64,000 nucleotides of DNA from Candidatus Omnitrophota bacterium. GTDB lineage: Bacteria; Omnitrophota; Gorgyraeia; Zapsychrales; Fredricksoniimonadaceae. Both the position numbers and the translations under genes were made by a program. The stretch is taken from positions 81,631-145,630 of the forward strand of contig JBGAJA010000004.1 of the NCBI GenBank assembly GCA_044225175.1, given 5' to 3'. The notes below the pieces were generated by a model. The model worked only from the letters and a program-made list of their open reading frames with translations. It had not been told where the DNA came from and ran no database searches. Shown piece by piece: positions 50,433 through 60,854 of the stretch (its first letter is position 1; each line of letters starts with the position of its first letter).

Positions 50433-50897
50433 TTACGAAATATTTTTTAATAAATCAATCATTTCCAACGCTGTTATCGCTGCCTCTTGTCCTTTATTAT
50501 AACCTTTAGTTTGGGCACGTTTCTGGGCTTGAGCAATGGTATCTGTTGTTAAAACACCCATGACAATGGGCTTTCCTGTCTGCAAACTAACATTCATCAT
50601 GCCTCGAGACACTTCATTAGCTACAACTTCAAAGTGATAGGTATCCCCTCGGATCACTGCTCCTAAACAAATCACTGCCTCTATATTTTTCTTCTTAGCT
50701 AACTTTAAAGCAGCCACAGGAATTTCAAAACAACCAGGCACCCACAGCGTTGTCACCTGCTTATCAGTTAAACCTTTTTTCTTAAGTTCTTCTAAACAAG
50801 ATTTTAAAAGCGAGTTGGTAATATAATCATTGAAGCTTGAGGCAACAATAGCAATCTGCCCCTTAAATGATGATTTATTTTTTAAATGTGTGACCAT
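50433..50897 (-). CDS. ribH: 6,7-dimethyl-8-ribityllumazine synthase
   Basis: VPGCFEIP, LGAVIRGDTYHFE, NKGQEAA. Confidence 0.95.
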   Translation of the reverse strand: MVTHLKNKSSFKGQIAIVASSFNDYITNSLLKSCLEELKKKGLTDKQVTTLWVPGCFEIPVAALKLAKKKNIEAVICLGAVIRGDTYHFEVVANEVSRGMMNVSLQTGKPIVMGVLTTDTIAQAQKRAQTKGYNKGQEAAITALEMIDLLKNIS

Positions 50898-50918
50898 GGA
50901 AACGTCTGCAAACCTAAA

Positions 50919-52121
50919 TTAGAGTATATGCCCTAATTTTTCTTTCTTGGTTTTCAAGTATTTTTCATTTCTAGAATTATGTGGCATTTTGATAGGAACA
51001 CGTTCAACCACAGAAAGGCCGTATCCTTCCAACCCAACAATCTTACGGGGATTGTTAGTCAATAACTTGATTTGCTTAACACCTAAATCAACCAACATTT
51101 GAGCACCTAGGCCATAATCACGAAGATCTGCTGGAAACCCTAAAGCTTGGTTGGCCTCAACCGTATCCATACCTTCATCTTGCAAACCATACGCTTTGAT
51201 CTTATTGGCCAATCCAATGCCTCGTCCCTCATGCTGACGGATATACAAAAGGACACCTGAACCAGCGTCATTGATTGCTTTAAGCGCTGTCTTTAATTGG
51301 CTGTTGCAATCGCATCTTAAAGATCCAAAGACATCTCCCGTTAAACATTCAGATTGAGCCCGTACTAACACAGGAGTATTGGGATCAATAGTACCTTTAA
51401 CAAGGGCCACATGGACTGCCCCATCAACCTTAGATTCATAGACCATCATTTGAAAATCACCAAATTCAGTGGGTAATTCTGATTCGGCAACACGTTCGAT
51501 CAGCTTCTCTGTCTTACGGCGATATTCAATTAAACTATCAATTGTGCAAATCTTTATTTTATGTTTCTTGGCAAATTCAATTAAATCATTGGTGCGGGCC
51601 ATGGTTCCATCTTCATTCATGATCTCGCAAATGACACCAGCTGGATAAAGACCGGCCAATTTCATTAAATCAACGGAAGCTTCTGTATGGCCTGCGCGAA
51701 CAAGAACTCCACCGCGACGGGCCCTTAAAGGAAAAAGATGTCCGGGGGTTACTAAATCTGAGGGTTTGGATTTTGGATCAATTAAAACTTCAATCGTTTT
51801 GGCACGATCTGCTGCAGAAATACCTGTTGTGACTCCATAAACTGCATCTACTGTCACTGTCCAGGCGGTATTACATTTTTGGTGCTTAGAATTCAAATCT
51901 TCTTTCATGGGATGCAAATCTAATTCGGAAAGTCTAGAATCTTCCATGGGAACACAAATTAAACCACGCGCGTATTTAGCCATGAAATTGATGGCATCAG
52001 GAGTGATATGCTGGGCCGCCATAAGAACATCACCTTCATTTTCACGACCTTCATCATCCATGACAATGACCATACGGCCAGCTTTAAGCTCTTCTAAGAC
52101 TTCGAGAATTGAATTAAACAT
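50919..52121 (-). CDS. ribBA: Bifunctional DHBP synthase / GTP cyclohydrolase II
   Basis: [44 protein letters not shown]. Confidence 0.97.
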   Translation of the reverse strand: MFNSILEVLEELKAGRMVIVMDDEGRENEGDVLMAAQHITPDAINFMAKYARGLICVPMEDSRLSELDLHPMKEDLNSKHQKCNTAWTVTVDAVYGVTTGISAADRAKTIEVLIDPKSKPSDLVTPGHLFPLRARRGGVLVRAGHTEASVDLMKLAGLYPAGVICEIMNEDGTMARTNDLIEFAKKHKIKICTIDSLIEYRRKTEKLIERVAESELPTEFGDFQMMVYESKVDGAVHVALVKGTIDPNTPVLVRAQSECLTGDVFGSLRCDCNSQLKTALKAINDAGSGVLLYIRQHEGRGIGLANKIKAYGLQDEGMDTVEANQALGFPADLRDYGLGAQMLVDLGVKQIKLLTNNPRKIVGLEGYGLSVVERVPIKMPHNSRNEKYLKTKKEKLGHIL

Positions 52122-52156
52122 AATGTTATCCTTCGGTGGGTTAATAATAAGGCAAA

Positions 52157-52207
52157 AGTATATGTGAAATAAAAGGGCTTGTCAACGCATTTTGCCCCAC
52201 CTATAAT
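52157..52207. promoter_or_regulatory. Back-to-back divergent sigma-70 promoters with overlapping -35 boxes
   Basis: Minus: TTGACA(52185-52180)-N17-TATACT(52162-52157). Plus: TTGTCA(52179-52184)-N17-TATAAT(52202-52207). Confidence 0.7.
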
Positions 52208-52244
52208 ACCCAAAATTTTCTATAACCCATGTATTTCTAATAAC

Positions 52245-52712
52245 ATGCAAAAACATAAGATCGTCGCTAAAAAATTATTAACTCAAGAAAAAACAATTGC
52301 TGTTGCAGAAAGCTGTACTGGCGGCCTTTTAGCCAATGAATTGACCAATATCCCAGGGTCTTCTTCCTTTTTCTGGCTTGGAATCATAGCTTACGATAAT
52401 AAAGCTAAGTCCAAACTTCTAAAGATTCCAACCGCTATCCTTAAAAAACATGGTGCCGTCAGCCTTCCTGTAGCTGAACTCATGGCTCAAAATGTTCGCA
52501 AGATTCTAAAGACAGACTTTGGCATTGGTATCACCGGCATTGCAGGCCCAACCGGTGGAACCAAAGACAAACCAGTAGGCCTCGTCTTTATCGCCGTAGC
52601 CAACAAAAAAAGAGTCTTAAGCCAAAAGCACCACTTCAAAGGCCCCAGACTCTCTATTAAAACCCAAGCTGCAGACAAAGCTCTTTATATGCTTTTAACC
52701 CTCCTTTCTTAG
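52245..52712 (+). CDS. pncC: CinA C-terminal domain / NMN deamidase
   Basis: AESCTGG, GAVS, ITGIAGPTGG, KPVGLV; ATG 52245 lies downstream of the promoter. Confidence 0.88.
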   Translation: MQKHKIVAKKLLTQEKTIAVAESCTGGLLANELTNIPGSSSFFWLGIIAYDNKAKSKLLKIPTAILKKHGAVSLPVAELMAQNVRKILKTDFGIGITGIAGPTGGTKDKPVGLVFIAVANKKRVLSQKHHFKGPRLSIKTQAADKALYMLLTLLS

Positions 52713-52770
52713 GATGAACTTTGCCAGATATTACTTTTTTTTTCAAAAAAAACTCCTATAATACCGCCTT

Positions 52771-53433
52771 ATGGATTTAAAACATCGCATTCAAAGATCA
52801 TTCAAACCTCGCTTTGCCATGATTTATCCTTTTGGCGTTTATGCCCTTCTCTTTGGGGCTATTACTGATCATTCTCTTCGCGCGGGTATTGGCTATGTCA
52901 TTACTGGACTTCTTATCCGCCTCTGGTCCAATGGGTATGCTATCAAAAATGATAAATTAACAACTTCTGGGCCCTATGCTTATGTCCGCAATCCTCTTTA
53001 TGTAGGGACATTTTTAATTGCCATCGGATTTGCCATTATGCTTAACTTTGGACCTGTGGTTGGGGTTTTATTTCTTGCGGCCCTGGCCTTTGTTTATTAC
53101 GGGACAGTTAAAAACGAAGAAGGAATGCTTCTAAAGAAATTTGGCTCAAAATATACCGATTATCGATCTAAAGTCTTGGCCTTTATTCCAAGACTTACTC
53201 CCTATATTGAAGGTGAAAAATGGCCTTTTGACATGGATAGACTCATATTCAGTAAAGAATACAAATCCATTGTGTGGATAACCATCCTCATTATTGCTTT
53301 CCACCTTAAAAGCCGCATCTGGATCGAACACAAACCCATGACAGAAAAAACATGGGGCTTAATCTTACTTGCTGCTTTACTTATTTTGGTGGATGTTTTC
53401 TACGAAATGAATAAAAAGAAGAAAAAGTCTTAA
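52771..53433 (+). CDS. ICMT/PEMT-family membrane methyltransferase
   Basis: LTTSGPYAYVRNPLY, EE...FG..Y..Y...V..FIP. Confidence 0.85.
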   Translation: MDLKHRIQRSFKPRFAMIYPFGVYALLFGAITDHSLRAGIGYVITGLLIRLWSNGYAIKNDKLTTSGPYAYVRNPLYVGTFLIAIGFAIMLNFGPVVGVLFLAALAFVYYGTVKNEEGMLLKKFGSKYTDYRSKVLAFIPRLTPYIEGEKWPFDMDRLIFSKEYKSIVWITILIIAFHLKSRIWIEHKPMTEKTWGLILLAALLILVDVFYEMNKKKKKS

Positions 53434-54386
53434 CTTTCTTTGACTACCTTTACAGCCCCTAAAATAACCGCATCATCTCCAAGTGTAGATTGTAAAATCT
53501 GACAAGAATTAAATTTCTTGAAGAATGGATCAGCTTTGAGCGCTTTTTGAATGACTGGCAGCATAAAAAATCCACACGCTTTAATGACTCCCCCGCCTAA
53601 AACAATGGCTTGAGGATTAAAAATGTGATTTAAAGACACACATGCTTGTCCAAGAACACTAGAGACATTATTTAATACTAATGTAACGACACGATCGTTC
53701 TTTTGAAGTGCTTCTTTAAGAAGGCGGCTTTTAATGGTTGATAAGTCGCCATGATTGAGGTCTTTGATGATGCTCTTCTGGCCTTTTTTAATGAGCATAC
53801 GGATATCGCGTTCAATGGCCCAACGGCTTGCCATGGCTTCCAGACACCCATGATTACCACAATGACAAACTGGCCCATTAACTCTCATAATCATATGCCC
53901 TAATTCGGTTGCAGCTCCTTGGGTACCAAATAACATTTTCCCATCTGTAATTGCAGCTCCCCCTACACCTGTTCCTGGAAAAATACCTACCACTTCACTA
54001 AGACCACGAGCAGCCCCTAACCATGCTTCTCCTAAAAGGCCGGCGTTCACATCATTGAGCATAGCTACTTTCTTGCGATACTTCTTTTTAAGTTCCACAT
54101 GCAAGGGGAATCCTGTCAGATTAATATTAGGGGCAGCTAAAATATAGTTCTTACGTGTGTCTACGATTCCTGGAACTCCTAGCCCAATTCCCTCAACCTG
54201 AGACATAGGGACATTGGACTCTATCCTAACCTCATCAATGACATCGACCAAACAAGCTAAAATGCTTTTAGGATTCGCTTTGGCTGGAGAAGGAATCTTG
54301 ACCCTAGAAAGAATCTTCCCTCGATGCGACACCATCGAAGCTGCAATCTTTGTTCCTCCAATATCAATACCTATGTAATGACTCAT
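53430..54386 (-). CDS. ROK-family sugar kinase (glucokinase-like)
   Basis: GIDIGGTKI, NDVNA, GTGVG, ELGH, CHCGNHGCLE. Confidence 0.9.
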   Translation of the reverse strand: MSHYIGIDIGGTKIAASMVSHRGKILSRVKIPSPAKANPKSILACLVDVIDEVRIESNVPMSQVEGIGLGVPGIVDTRKNYILAAPNINLTGFPLHVELKKKYRKKVAMLNDVNAGLLGEAWLGAARGLSEVVGIFPGTGVGGAAITDGKMLFGTQGAATELGHMIMRVNGPVCHCGNHGCLEAMASRWAIERDIRMLIKKGQKSIIKDLNHGDLSTIKSRLLKEALQKNDRVVTLVLNNVSSVLGQACVSLNHIFNPQAIVLGGGVIKACGFFMLPVIQKALKADPFFKKFNSCQILQSTLGDDAVILGAVKVVKES

Positions 54387-54394
54387 AATATTTT

Positions 54395-56416
54395 CTAGTG
54401 AGTATAATGTTTAATAAAGTAGTCCTGTACTCCGAAAGCTGCTTTCTCATGAGGCAATCTATGATAAATCTTATCTTTTTTAAGCAAACGTGTCTTGAGA
54501 GTATCTTTTTGATAGTTATCAAGAATAAACTGTAAATGAGTTTTAATCTCAGGCTTGGTGATTTCAAAAAGAAGCTCGACTCGCCTATCAAAATTTCGAG
54601 TCATCCAATCAGCGGAAGATAAAAAGACCCGTGGATTTCCCCCATTATTAAAGACAAAAATTCTGGAATGCTCTAAAAACTGCCCGACAATGCTTTTGAC
54701 TTCAATGGTTTCACTTAAACCTTCCACTCCTGGGATCAAACAACAAATTCCGCGTACGATCAATTTAATCTTAACTCCCGCTTGGGAAGCAGAATAAAGT
54801 TTATCAATCATCTGAACATCTTCCAAAGAGTTCATTTTGGCAATAATCAATCCATTCTTATGCTTTGCATGAAACTCTATTTCTCGATCAATCAAATCAA
54901 AGAAGTATTTTCTAAGATCGTGCGGTGCAGAAATAATCCTTTTCCATGGACTGGATTGAGAATACCCCGTAATGACATTAAACACATCTGCCACATCCCT
55001 TGCGAAATCATCATTGGCAGTAAAATAACCAATATCTGTATAAATTCGGGCTGTTTTTTCATTGTAGTTACCGGTAGATAAATGAACATAGCGGCGAATA
55101 CGTCCCTCTTCCCTTCTTACAATCAATGTCATCTTAGAGTGGATCTTGAGTCCTGCAATCCCATAAATCACATGGCAACCAGCTTGTTCAAGTTCACGAG
55201 CCCAATGAATGTTCTTTTCCTCTTCAAATCGGGCTTTGATTTCTACGACAACTGTGACCTGTTTTCGGTTCTTGGCCGCATGCATCAAAGCTTGAATAAT
55301 GTTGGAATCTTCATTGGTTCGATATAACGTCATCTTAATAGCCAATACATCAGGATCTTTGGAAGCTGTTTGAATCAAATCTTCAGCTGGAAAGAATGAT
55401 TGAAATGGAAGATGAATGATAAAGTCTTCTTCTTTAATCTTATCGAAAATATTCTCATAAGGCGTTTTAGAAGGCACATAAGTTTCAAAACGCTCGCCAG
55501 GTCGATCAATATTACTGGCCATTTCATAGAAGAAACCTAAATCAAGATCAGAGGCTAGAAAAACAATTTCTTCCTTAGAAAAACCAAGTCCATTGCATAA
55601 GACATCAATCAATTCTTCACTGGAGCCTTTTTCCATCTGAACATACACGGTCTTTGCGCTGGTTCTTTTCTTTAATTCTTTTTCCATGGCCTTTAAGAGA
55701 TTAGGGGCAAATTCTTCATCAAAAGCAATTTCACTATCGCGCAAAATCCTAAACGTTGAAGCTGATTGGATTTTGTATCCCTTAAAGAATTCCTTTAAAT
55801 TATCTCTAATCAGATCATCAATGAGAATAAAATCAAACTCCTCCCCTTCAGAAGGAAGCTTTAGAAGCCTGGGAACAGATTTTGGTACAGGCAAAATGGC
55901 TAAATGGTTTTTATCCTGTCGGATAATAGAAACTGCAAATGCGAGCGTCTTAGAAGGCAAAATAGGAAATGGATGCCCTTGGTCTACAGCCATGGGGGTA
56001 ATAATAGGATAGAGCGTTGAATCAAAATATCTCTTCACAAATTTCTTTTGTGTCTCGTTTAGATCATCAATCTTTTTAAGATAAATCTTATTTTTCTCTA
56101 ATGTGGTTTTAATGGATTTCGAATACACGTCATAGAGGTCCTTGACTAAATCATCTGCCCTTAGTTTAATTTCTGAAAATAAATCAGCAGGAGTAAAGCC
56201 CAGATGATCTTTGCGATTGTATCCTGAATCTAAGAGCTTTTTCACGCCAGCCACACGGACCATATAAAATTCATCAAGGTTGCTAATAAAAATACTTAAA
56301 AACTTAAGGCGTTCTAATAATGGATTATGGCTGTCAGCAGCCTCTTCCAGAACACGTCGATTAAATTCCAACCAGCTTAAATCACGATGTATATATTTAT
56401 CTTTAATGTCTTCCAT
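54395..56416 (-). CDS. ppk1: Polyphosphate kinase 1
   Basis: RDLSWLEFNRRVL, NLDEFYMVRVAG, KMTLYRT, KIHSK, FLEHSR, SADWMTRNFDRRVE. Confidence 0.97.
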   Translation of the reverse strand: MEDIKDKYIHRDLSWLEFNRRVLEEAADSHNPLLERLKFLSIFISNLDEFYMVRVAGVKKLLDSGYNRKDHLGFTPADLFSEIKLRADDLVKDLYDVYSKSIKTTLEKNKIYLKKIDDLNETQKKFVKRYFDSTLYPIITPMAVDQGHPFPILPSKTLAFAVSIIRQDKNHLAILPVPKSVPRLLKLPSEGEEFDFILIDDLIRDNLKEFFKGYKIQSASTFRILRDSEIAFDEEFAPNLLKAMEKELKKRTSAKTVYVQMEKGSSEELIDVLCNGLGFSKEEIVFLASDLDLGFFYEMASNIDRPGERFETYVPSKTPYENIFDKIKEEDFIIHLPFQSFFPAEDLIQTASKDPDVLAIKMTLYRTNEDSNIIQALMHAAKNRKQVTVVVEIKARFEEEKNIHWARELEQAGCHVIYGIAGLKIHSKMTLIVRREEGRIRRYVHLSTGNYNEKTARIYTDIGYFTANDDFARDVADVFNVITGYSQSSPWKRIISAPHDLRKYFFDLIDREIEFHAKHKNGLIIAKMNSLEDVQMIDKLYSASQAGVKIKLIVRGICCLIPGVEGLSETIEVKSIVGQFLEHSRIFVFNNGGNPRVFLSSADWMTRNFDRRVELLFEITKPEIKTHLQFILDNYQKDTLKTRLLKKDKIYHRLPHEKAAFGVQDYFIKHYTH

Positions 56417-56418
56417 CT

Positions 56419-57960
56419 CTAGTCCTGACTCTTAACGGTCAATGTTAATTTGTTACCGGTAATTTCCTCAAAAAGTTCTTTTTTCTCTAAGAAATTCTCT
56501 TTTTCTAATAAGAAGTTCTCATGAGTAAAGACCACAATTGTAGCATCTCCAGAAGAATTGAATTTAATCTCTAAACGTTTGGCCTTTTGTTTATGGGAAC
56601 GGTCCAAAGCGTTCGCAATACGCAACAAAGCGCTTAACTTCTGGACCAAAATCTGTTGTTGGGACGATAAAGAATTATAAACCAAATGGGTCTTTAAAGG
56701 TGCGGAACGCCTATGGTAACGGGCAATACAGGCGATAATGTTGATCTCATCTTCTGTTAAGCGAAACATATTAGAAGAGCTGATGATATATTCGCTATGT
56801 TTATGATGGGCGCGATTATTAATAAACATACCCAAATCATGCAAATAGGATGCCAAGATTAAATATAACCTGTCTTCTTCATTGAGCCCTAAAATTTCTT
56901 TAAAGGCCTCAAAAAGGTGATCGGTTAAGAAAGCTACATGCTTCAAATGGTCCAAGTCCATACCATATTTCTTACATAAGAAATTAGCGACAGAGACCAA
57001 CTGACTTACTTTATCGGTCTTCTCGGAAGATTCTAGGCGAAAAAGCTGATTAGCCAAAATTGCCTCAGACAAAGAAGCTTCAAGGATATAGATATACTCC
57101 TTCTTGTTAAGTTTTAGCAACTTATTAAGAACGATGGCAAATCCAATAATAGTCGTCGAAATATCTGCAGGGACATTATAAGTACGTGCAATCTCTTCTG
57201 CATTCATTTGCTGAAGCTTCAAAACAAACTCTGCCGCTTCTGAGGCTTTTAATTTGTAAAAATCCGATTCCCTCTTCTTATTAGGAAGAATGTTCTGCAA
57301 ATAAATAGAATAGTTTTCATCGATAAGGATCACATCATCGATGACCAAATTTGGGTTATTCTTTTTTAGAAAGAATATTTCATTTTCTACATATTCTTCT
57401 GTTGCTTCGTGGATCTCCTGCATGGAACCATCTAGATTCTCCATGAATTGAGATAATCGAAGTGTTCCAATGGGAAAACCTATATTAGTCAATGTAAGGC
57501 CTTGGGACATGACAGAAATATCTAAACTTCCAGCACCTAATTCTGCAATGAGGAGATCTTTCTCTGCAACGGGATATGTTTTTTTGAGTTTGTGGGAGAG
57601 AAAATAGTCAATGTAATAAACAACATCCCCTACGTTTAAAACATCGATTTTAAAGCCTGTTTTTCTAAGAACTGTGTCAGCAAAAATATCTTGGTTGCGG
57701 GCTTCTCTAACGGCAGTTGTAGCAATAACGGTGACATCAGAAACATCATATTCTTTAAGTATCTCTTTATATTTTTGTAAAACGGAAGCTGTTTGATTGA
57801 TAATGCCTTGTGGAATACGCCCTTTAAGGAAGGCGTGACGACCTAAAGGAACAGTGTTCTTTAAAGATTCAATGATCTTTATGTCATCACCATGACGCTC
57901 ACCGATCAAAAGCTTTGTGGATGACGATCCTATATCAATAACTCCCCAACGCATAATCAC
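56419..57960 (-). CDS. ppx: Ppx/GppA exopolyphosphatase with HD domain
   Basis: IDIGSSS, ATTAVREA, ELGAGS, LHDLG...HHKHS. Confidence 0.9.
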   Translation of the reverse strand: MIMRWGVIDIGSSSTKLLIGERHGDDIKIIESLKNTVPLGRHAFLKGRIPQGIINQTASVLQKYKEILKEYDVSDVTVIATTAVREARNQDIFADTVLRKTGFKIDVLNVGDVVYYIDYFLSHKLKKTYPVAEKDLLIAELGAGSLDISVMSQGLTLTNIGFPIGTLRLSQFMENLDGSMQEIHEATEEYVENEIFFLKKNNPNLVIDDVILIDENYSIYLQNILPNKKRESDFYKLKASEAAEFVLKLQQMNAEEIARTYNVPADISTTIIGFAIVLNKLLKLNKKEYIYILEASLSEAILANQLFRLESSEKTDKVSQLVSVANFLCKKYGMDLDHLKHVAFLTDHLFEAFKEILGLNEEDRLYLILASYLHDLGMFINNRAHHKHSEYIISSSNMFRLTEDEINIIACIARYHRRSAPLKTHLVYNSLSSQQQILVQKLSALLRIANALDRSHKQKAKRLEIKFNSSGDATIVVFTHENFLLEKENFLEKKELFEEITGNKLTLTVKSQD

Positions 57961-58008
57961 CTCTCATTACCCCTTAAACTATACCATATGATGAACCAGA
58001 ATGAAATC

Positions 58009-58470
58009 TCACGACCAAAGGACAGGTTGGGCCCCTAAATCCCCTTTGAAGATCACTCCTGCCATACCCAATGATACACAAACTAGAAAAATTAAAAAAG
58101 AATATTGAATAAAATAATAAGCAGACTCTTGAATAAAACCTAAACGAAAAGTTTTACTTTTAAAAGCTGCTACCTCTTCTATAACAAGATAGATGTTAGT
58201 TAGCATTTCTAAAATCGATCAGTAAACAGTTAGAAAAAAAAGTATTGAAAAGAACAAATAATAGGCCAATTAAATATAAATATACTCTTGGGAATTCTTG
58301 ATCATGAGAAAGGACCTGTTGGAACAGGCCCTCAAGAGGACGATTATGAAAATTAATAAATACACAATATTCATCATTCCAAAGCGGACGTTGACTGAAA
58401 TAATGACATGCGATTAAGAATAAATACCATCCAATTACAGCTAAAGGAGCAAGCCGTAATAGTTTCGTTT
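58009..58470 (-). pseudogene. Remnant of a GT-C-like membrane protein gene
   Basis: TM followed by RPLWNDE first-loop motif, then early stop (58196) and short hydrophobic fragment in another frame. Confidence 0.4.
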
Positions 58471-58946
58471 TAATGATGATGTCCGCAGCCATCTGCCCCA
58501 TGTGCATGCCCGTGAGCAACTTCTTCCACGGTAGCCATGCGTCTTTGCACAATTTCTACTTCAAAAGTCAAATCTTGACCAGCTAAGGGATGATTACCAT
58601 CAAGAATAACTTCATCCTTTTCAACTCCCACAACAGTCACAGGAAAATTATTTTGTCCATTTCCAGCTTCAAAAACATCTCCAACCTTAGGATCAGGAGT
58701 TGGAAGCTTACTGCGAGATACTTTATAGACCAAAGTATCATTGTAAGGACCATAGGCCTCTTTAGATGGCACAGTGATAGTCTTTTTTTCATTGGATTTT
58801 AATTCTACTAAGAACGATTCTAAACCAGGAATAATTTGTCCTGATTCAGTCATAAAAATCAAAGGATGACCTGCTTGAGAAGCATCAACCACTTGATTGT
58901 CCTTATTGGTTAACGTGTAATTAAATGAAATGATTTCTTTAGACAT
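58470..58946 (-). CDS. slyD: FKBP-type peptidyl-prolyl isomerase SlyD
   Basis: IIPGLE, EAYG, LDGNHPLAGQDLTFEV, His-rich tail. Confidence 0.93.
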   Translation of the reverse strand: MSKEIISFNYTLTNKDNQVVDASQAGHPLIFMTESGQIIPGLESFLVELKSNEKKTITVPSKEAYGPYNDTLVYKVSRSKLPTPDPKVGDVFEAGNGQNNFPVTVVGVEKDEVILDGNHPLAGQDLTFEVEIVQRRMATVEEVAHGHAHGADGCGHHH

Positions 58947-59026
58947 AGGAATTTCTTTCTATAACGCCTCTTTCGCAAATAGGTAGGCAGGTTTATAAGT
59001 AGAGCCTTTAAAGCTCATGATACTGA

Positions 59027-59224
59027 TTAATGCTGTGGTAATGGACACATTTTCTGAGCACTTGCGCCAGAAAAAAGACACCCTTTGCCTACGGCATAAC
59101 CCAACATAAATATTCCTAGAACTAAAATAACTCCTAGGACGACTTTCTTCATTTTGCAGCAACATCCACAACCACTCGCTGGATTAGTTGAACAGCATTC
59201 ATCTTTCTTTTGTTCTTCGCTCAT
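59027..59224 (-). CDS. Small Cys-rich single-pass membrane protein
   Basis: AAGGAG SD, ECC...GCGCCC then one TM helix. Confidence 0.7.
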   Translation of the reverse strand: MSEEQKKDECCSTNPASGCGCCCKMKKVVLGVILVLGIFMLGYAVGKGCLFSGASAQKMCPLPQH

Positions 59225-59249
59225 AGATTCTCCTTATTTGAACGGCCAT

Positions 59250-59729
59250 CTATTGTTTAACAGCATTTTCTGAATTTTTCAACAAACTCGACGATAGTAT
59301 TTGATCTTTGGAGTGAAATGAGACAATCCGTATTTTTCCCTGATTAGAAATTACCAGAGATGGTTCCTTCCTTTTTTCCATGGCGTGCCGTATTACCTCT
59401 TCTAATTCTTTCGCATCCATCACATACCTAGGAGCAGAAGAGTTTGAATCTTTTCTGAAAGCTTCCACTTCTTTATTAATTCCTTGATTAAAACTCATTT
59501 GATCAAGTTTCTTAAGGTCTAAGACAGAAATATATGGCGCCATTCTTTTTTCTACAGTGGGCCCATTGATTTTTAACTTATGAAGAGATTCGTCTTGTTG
59601 TTTTTTCTTATAATCTTCAATGGACTTGAAGTACTTACCTGCCGAATAAATCTCAACATCAGCTTGAGAAAATGATGTAGTTAGAAACAAGGTTATCAAG
59701 GTTAATATTAGCCACATATAGTTTCTCAA
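59250..59729 (-). CDS. Hypothetical secreted protein
   Basis: Signal peptide ending SQA; coupled to upstream gene. Confidence 0.65.
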   Translation of the reverse strand: MRNYMWLILTLITLFLTTSFSQADVEIYSAGKYFKSIEDYKKKQQDESLHKLKINGPTVEKRMAPYISVLDLKKLDQMSFNQGINKEVEAFRKDSNSSAPRYVMDAKELEEVIRHAMEKRKEPSLVISNQGKIRIVSFHSKDQILSSSLLKNSENAVKQ

Positions 59730-60163
59730 TGCTCTTTTGCATTCATGATTCTCTGGGTAAATTCTGCTTCAAACAATTTCTTGATCTTTTTGAGCTCACT
59801 TTTTCCTAAGAAATACTTAACGGCCTCTTCAATGGCTAATAGACGGTTTTTAAGATAAAGATATTGCGGATTGAAGGTCTTTTTCTGAGAAGAGGTGTAT
59901 TTTTGATTAATTTCATCGGCCTTCTTGGTAGAGATATATTTCTTAAAATCATCAATAAATTTCTTGTCATCTTTATTTAGCTTTAAGTTTTGATTTAAAT
60001 GACTTAAAAGAAACTCATCAACTTGAATTTGAGTTGTTTTTCTCTCGATACGCTCAAATGATTCTCTTGTTGTTTTATAGCACCAAATGAGATAACGACG
60101 AATAAGATCTTGATGAAGGTCACTTTGCTGCATTGAGTTTAATTTCTTTATTAATTTGATCAA
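59726..60163 (-). CDS. Hypothetical protein (true start may be ATG 60134)
   Basis: Operon-packed ORF, LIRRYLIWCYKTTRE motif. Confidence 0.65.
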   Translation of the reverse strand: MIKLIKKLNSMQQSDLHQDLIRRYLIWCYKTTRESFERIERKTTQIQVDEFLLSHLNQNLKLNKDDKKFIDDFKKYISTKKADEINQKYTSSQKKTFNPQYLYLKNRLLAIEEAVKYFLGKSELKKIKKLFEAEFTQRIMNAKEH

Positions 60164-60311
60164 TCATGTTGACTGTGCTGTTGAGTGTTCTTTCAACAGA
60201 ATTCTTGATAAGACCTGACTGCGGATTTAAAAGGAGCAAAAACACCAAAATAACAGCTACAACCAAAAGAATGTACTCAATAATATTTTGCCCCGTTGAA
60301 TCAATTTTCAT
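60120..60311 (-). CDS. Flp/class III signal peptide pilin-like protein
   Basis: G|QNIIEY followed by hydrophobic helix, 63 aa. Confidence 0.7.
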   Translation of the reverse strand: MKIDSTGQNIIEYILLVVAVILVFLLLLNPQSGLIKNSVERTLNSTVNMIDQINKEIKLNAAK

Positions 60312-60332
60312 AGTAATAATATATCATATTTT

Positions 60333-60842
60333 CTATTTGTAGACAACATCCCCTACCAGGGCAGGTTTATCAATCTTGATTCCTATTAATTGCCCCTTTT
60401 TAGCTACTTTGACATCTTCACTTTCAATTTGCATAGACCATACCTTCTGCACGAATTTACTTTTTACCCCCACGATCGTTAATTTATCTCCAATGAGGAC
60501 CGTCCCATGAGTAATTTTGACCACACAAACCTTGATACGTTCAAAATAATGAGTAATTTCCCCTACTTTAACCAAATTGGGGTCTATTTCAGGGGTTTTT
60601 GGCTTCTTAACCACTGGTTTTTTAGCCTCCTTCACAACAATCTTCTTTTCTGGCTGATCCTTCTGAATAGCGGTTTTCTTAATAGGTAAGGGTTTTACTG
60701 GCTTTTTAAGCGGCTTTTTTAAAGGCTTTTTAACAGGCTTTTTGTTTCTTCTTTTGACTGCTGAAAGGGGTTTTCTTTTCGTGGACTTTTTGATCCAAAA
60801 GACTTCTTTAATGACATCTGATATTTTTTTTAGGAAAGACAT
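60333..60842 (-). CDS. Lys/Pro-rich protein with C-terminal translation-factor-like beta-barrel (peptidase U32 C-terminal-like)
   Basis: KKP repeats; VGEITHYFERIKV...SMQIE...GDVVYK. Confidence 0.7.
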   Translation of the reverse strand: MSFLKKISDVIKEVFWIKKSTKRKPLSAVKRRNKKPVKKPLKKPLKKPVKPLPIKKTAIQKDQPEKKIVVKEAKKPVVKKPKTPEIDPNLVKVGEITHYFERIKVCVVKITHGTVLIGDKLTIVGVKSKFVQKVWSMQIESEDVKVAKKGQLIGIKIDKPALVGDVVYK

Positions 60843-60854
60843 GGCCAGATTTAA

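Noticed and set aside
58196-58552. 118-aa ORF as an intact gene
   Set aside because: Its 5' part overlaps slyD, and the GT-C-like part truncates after one loop; treated as a remnant
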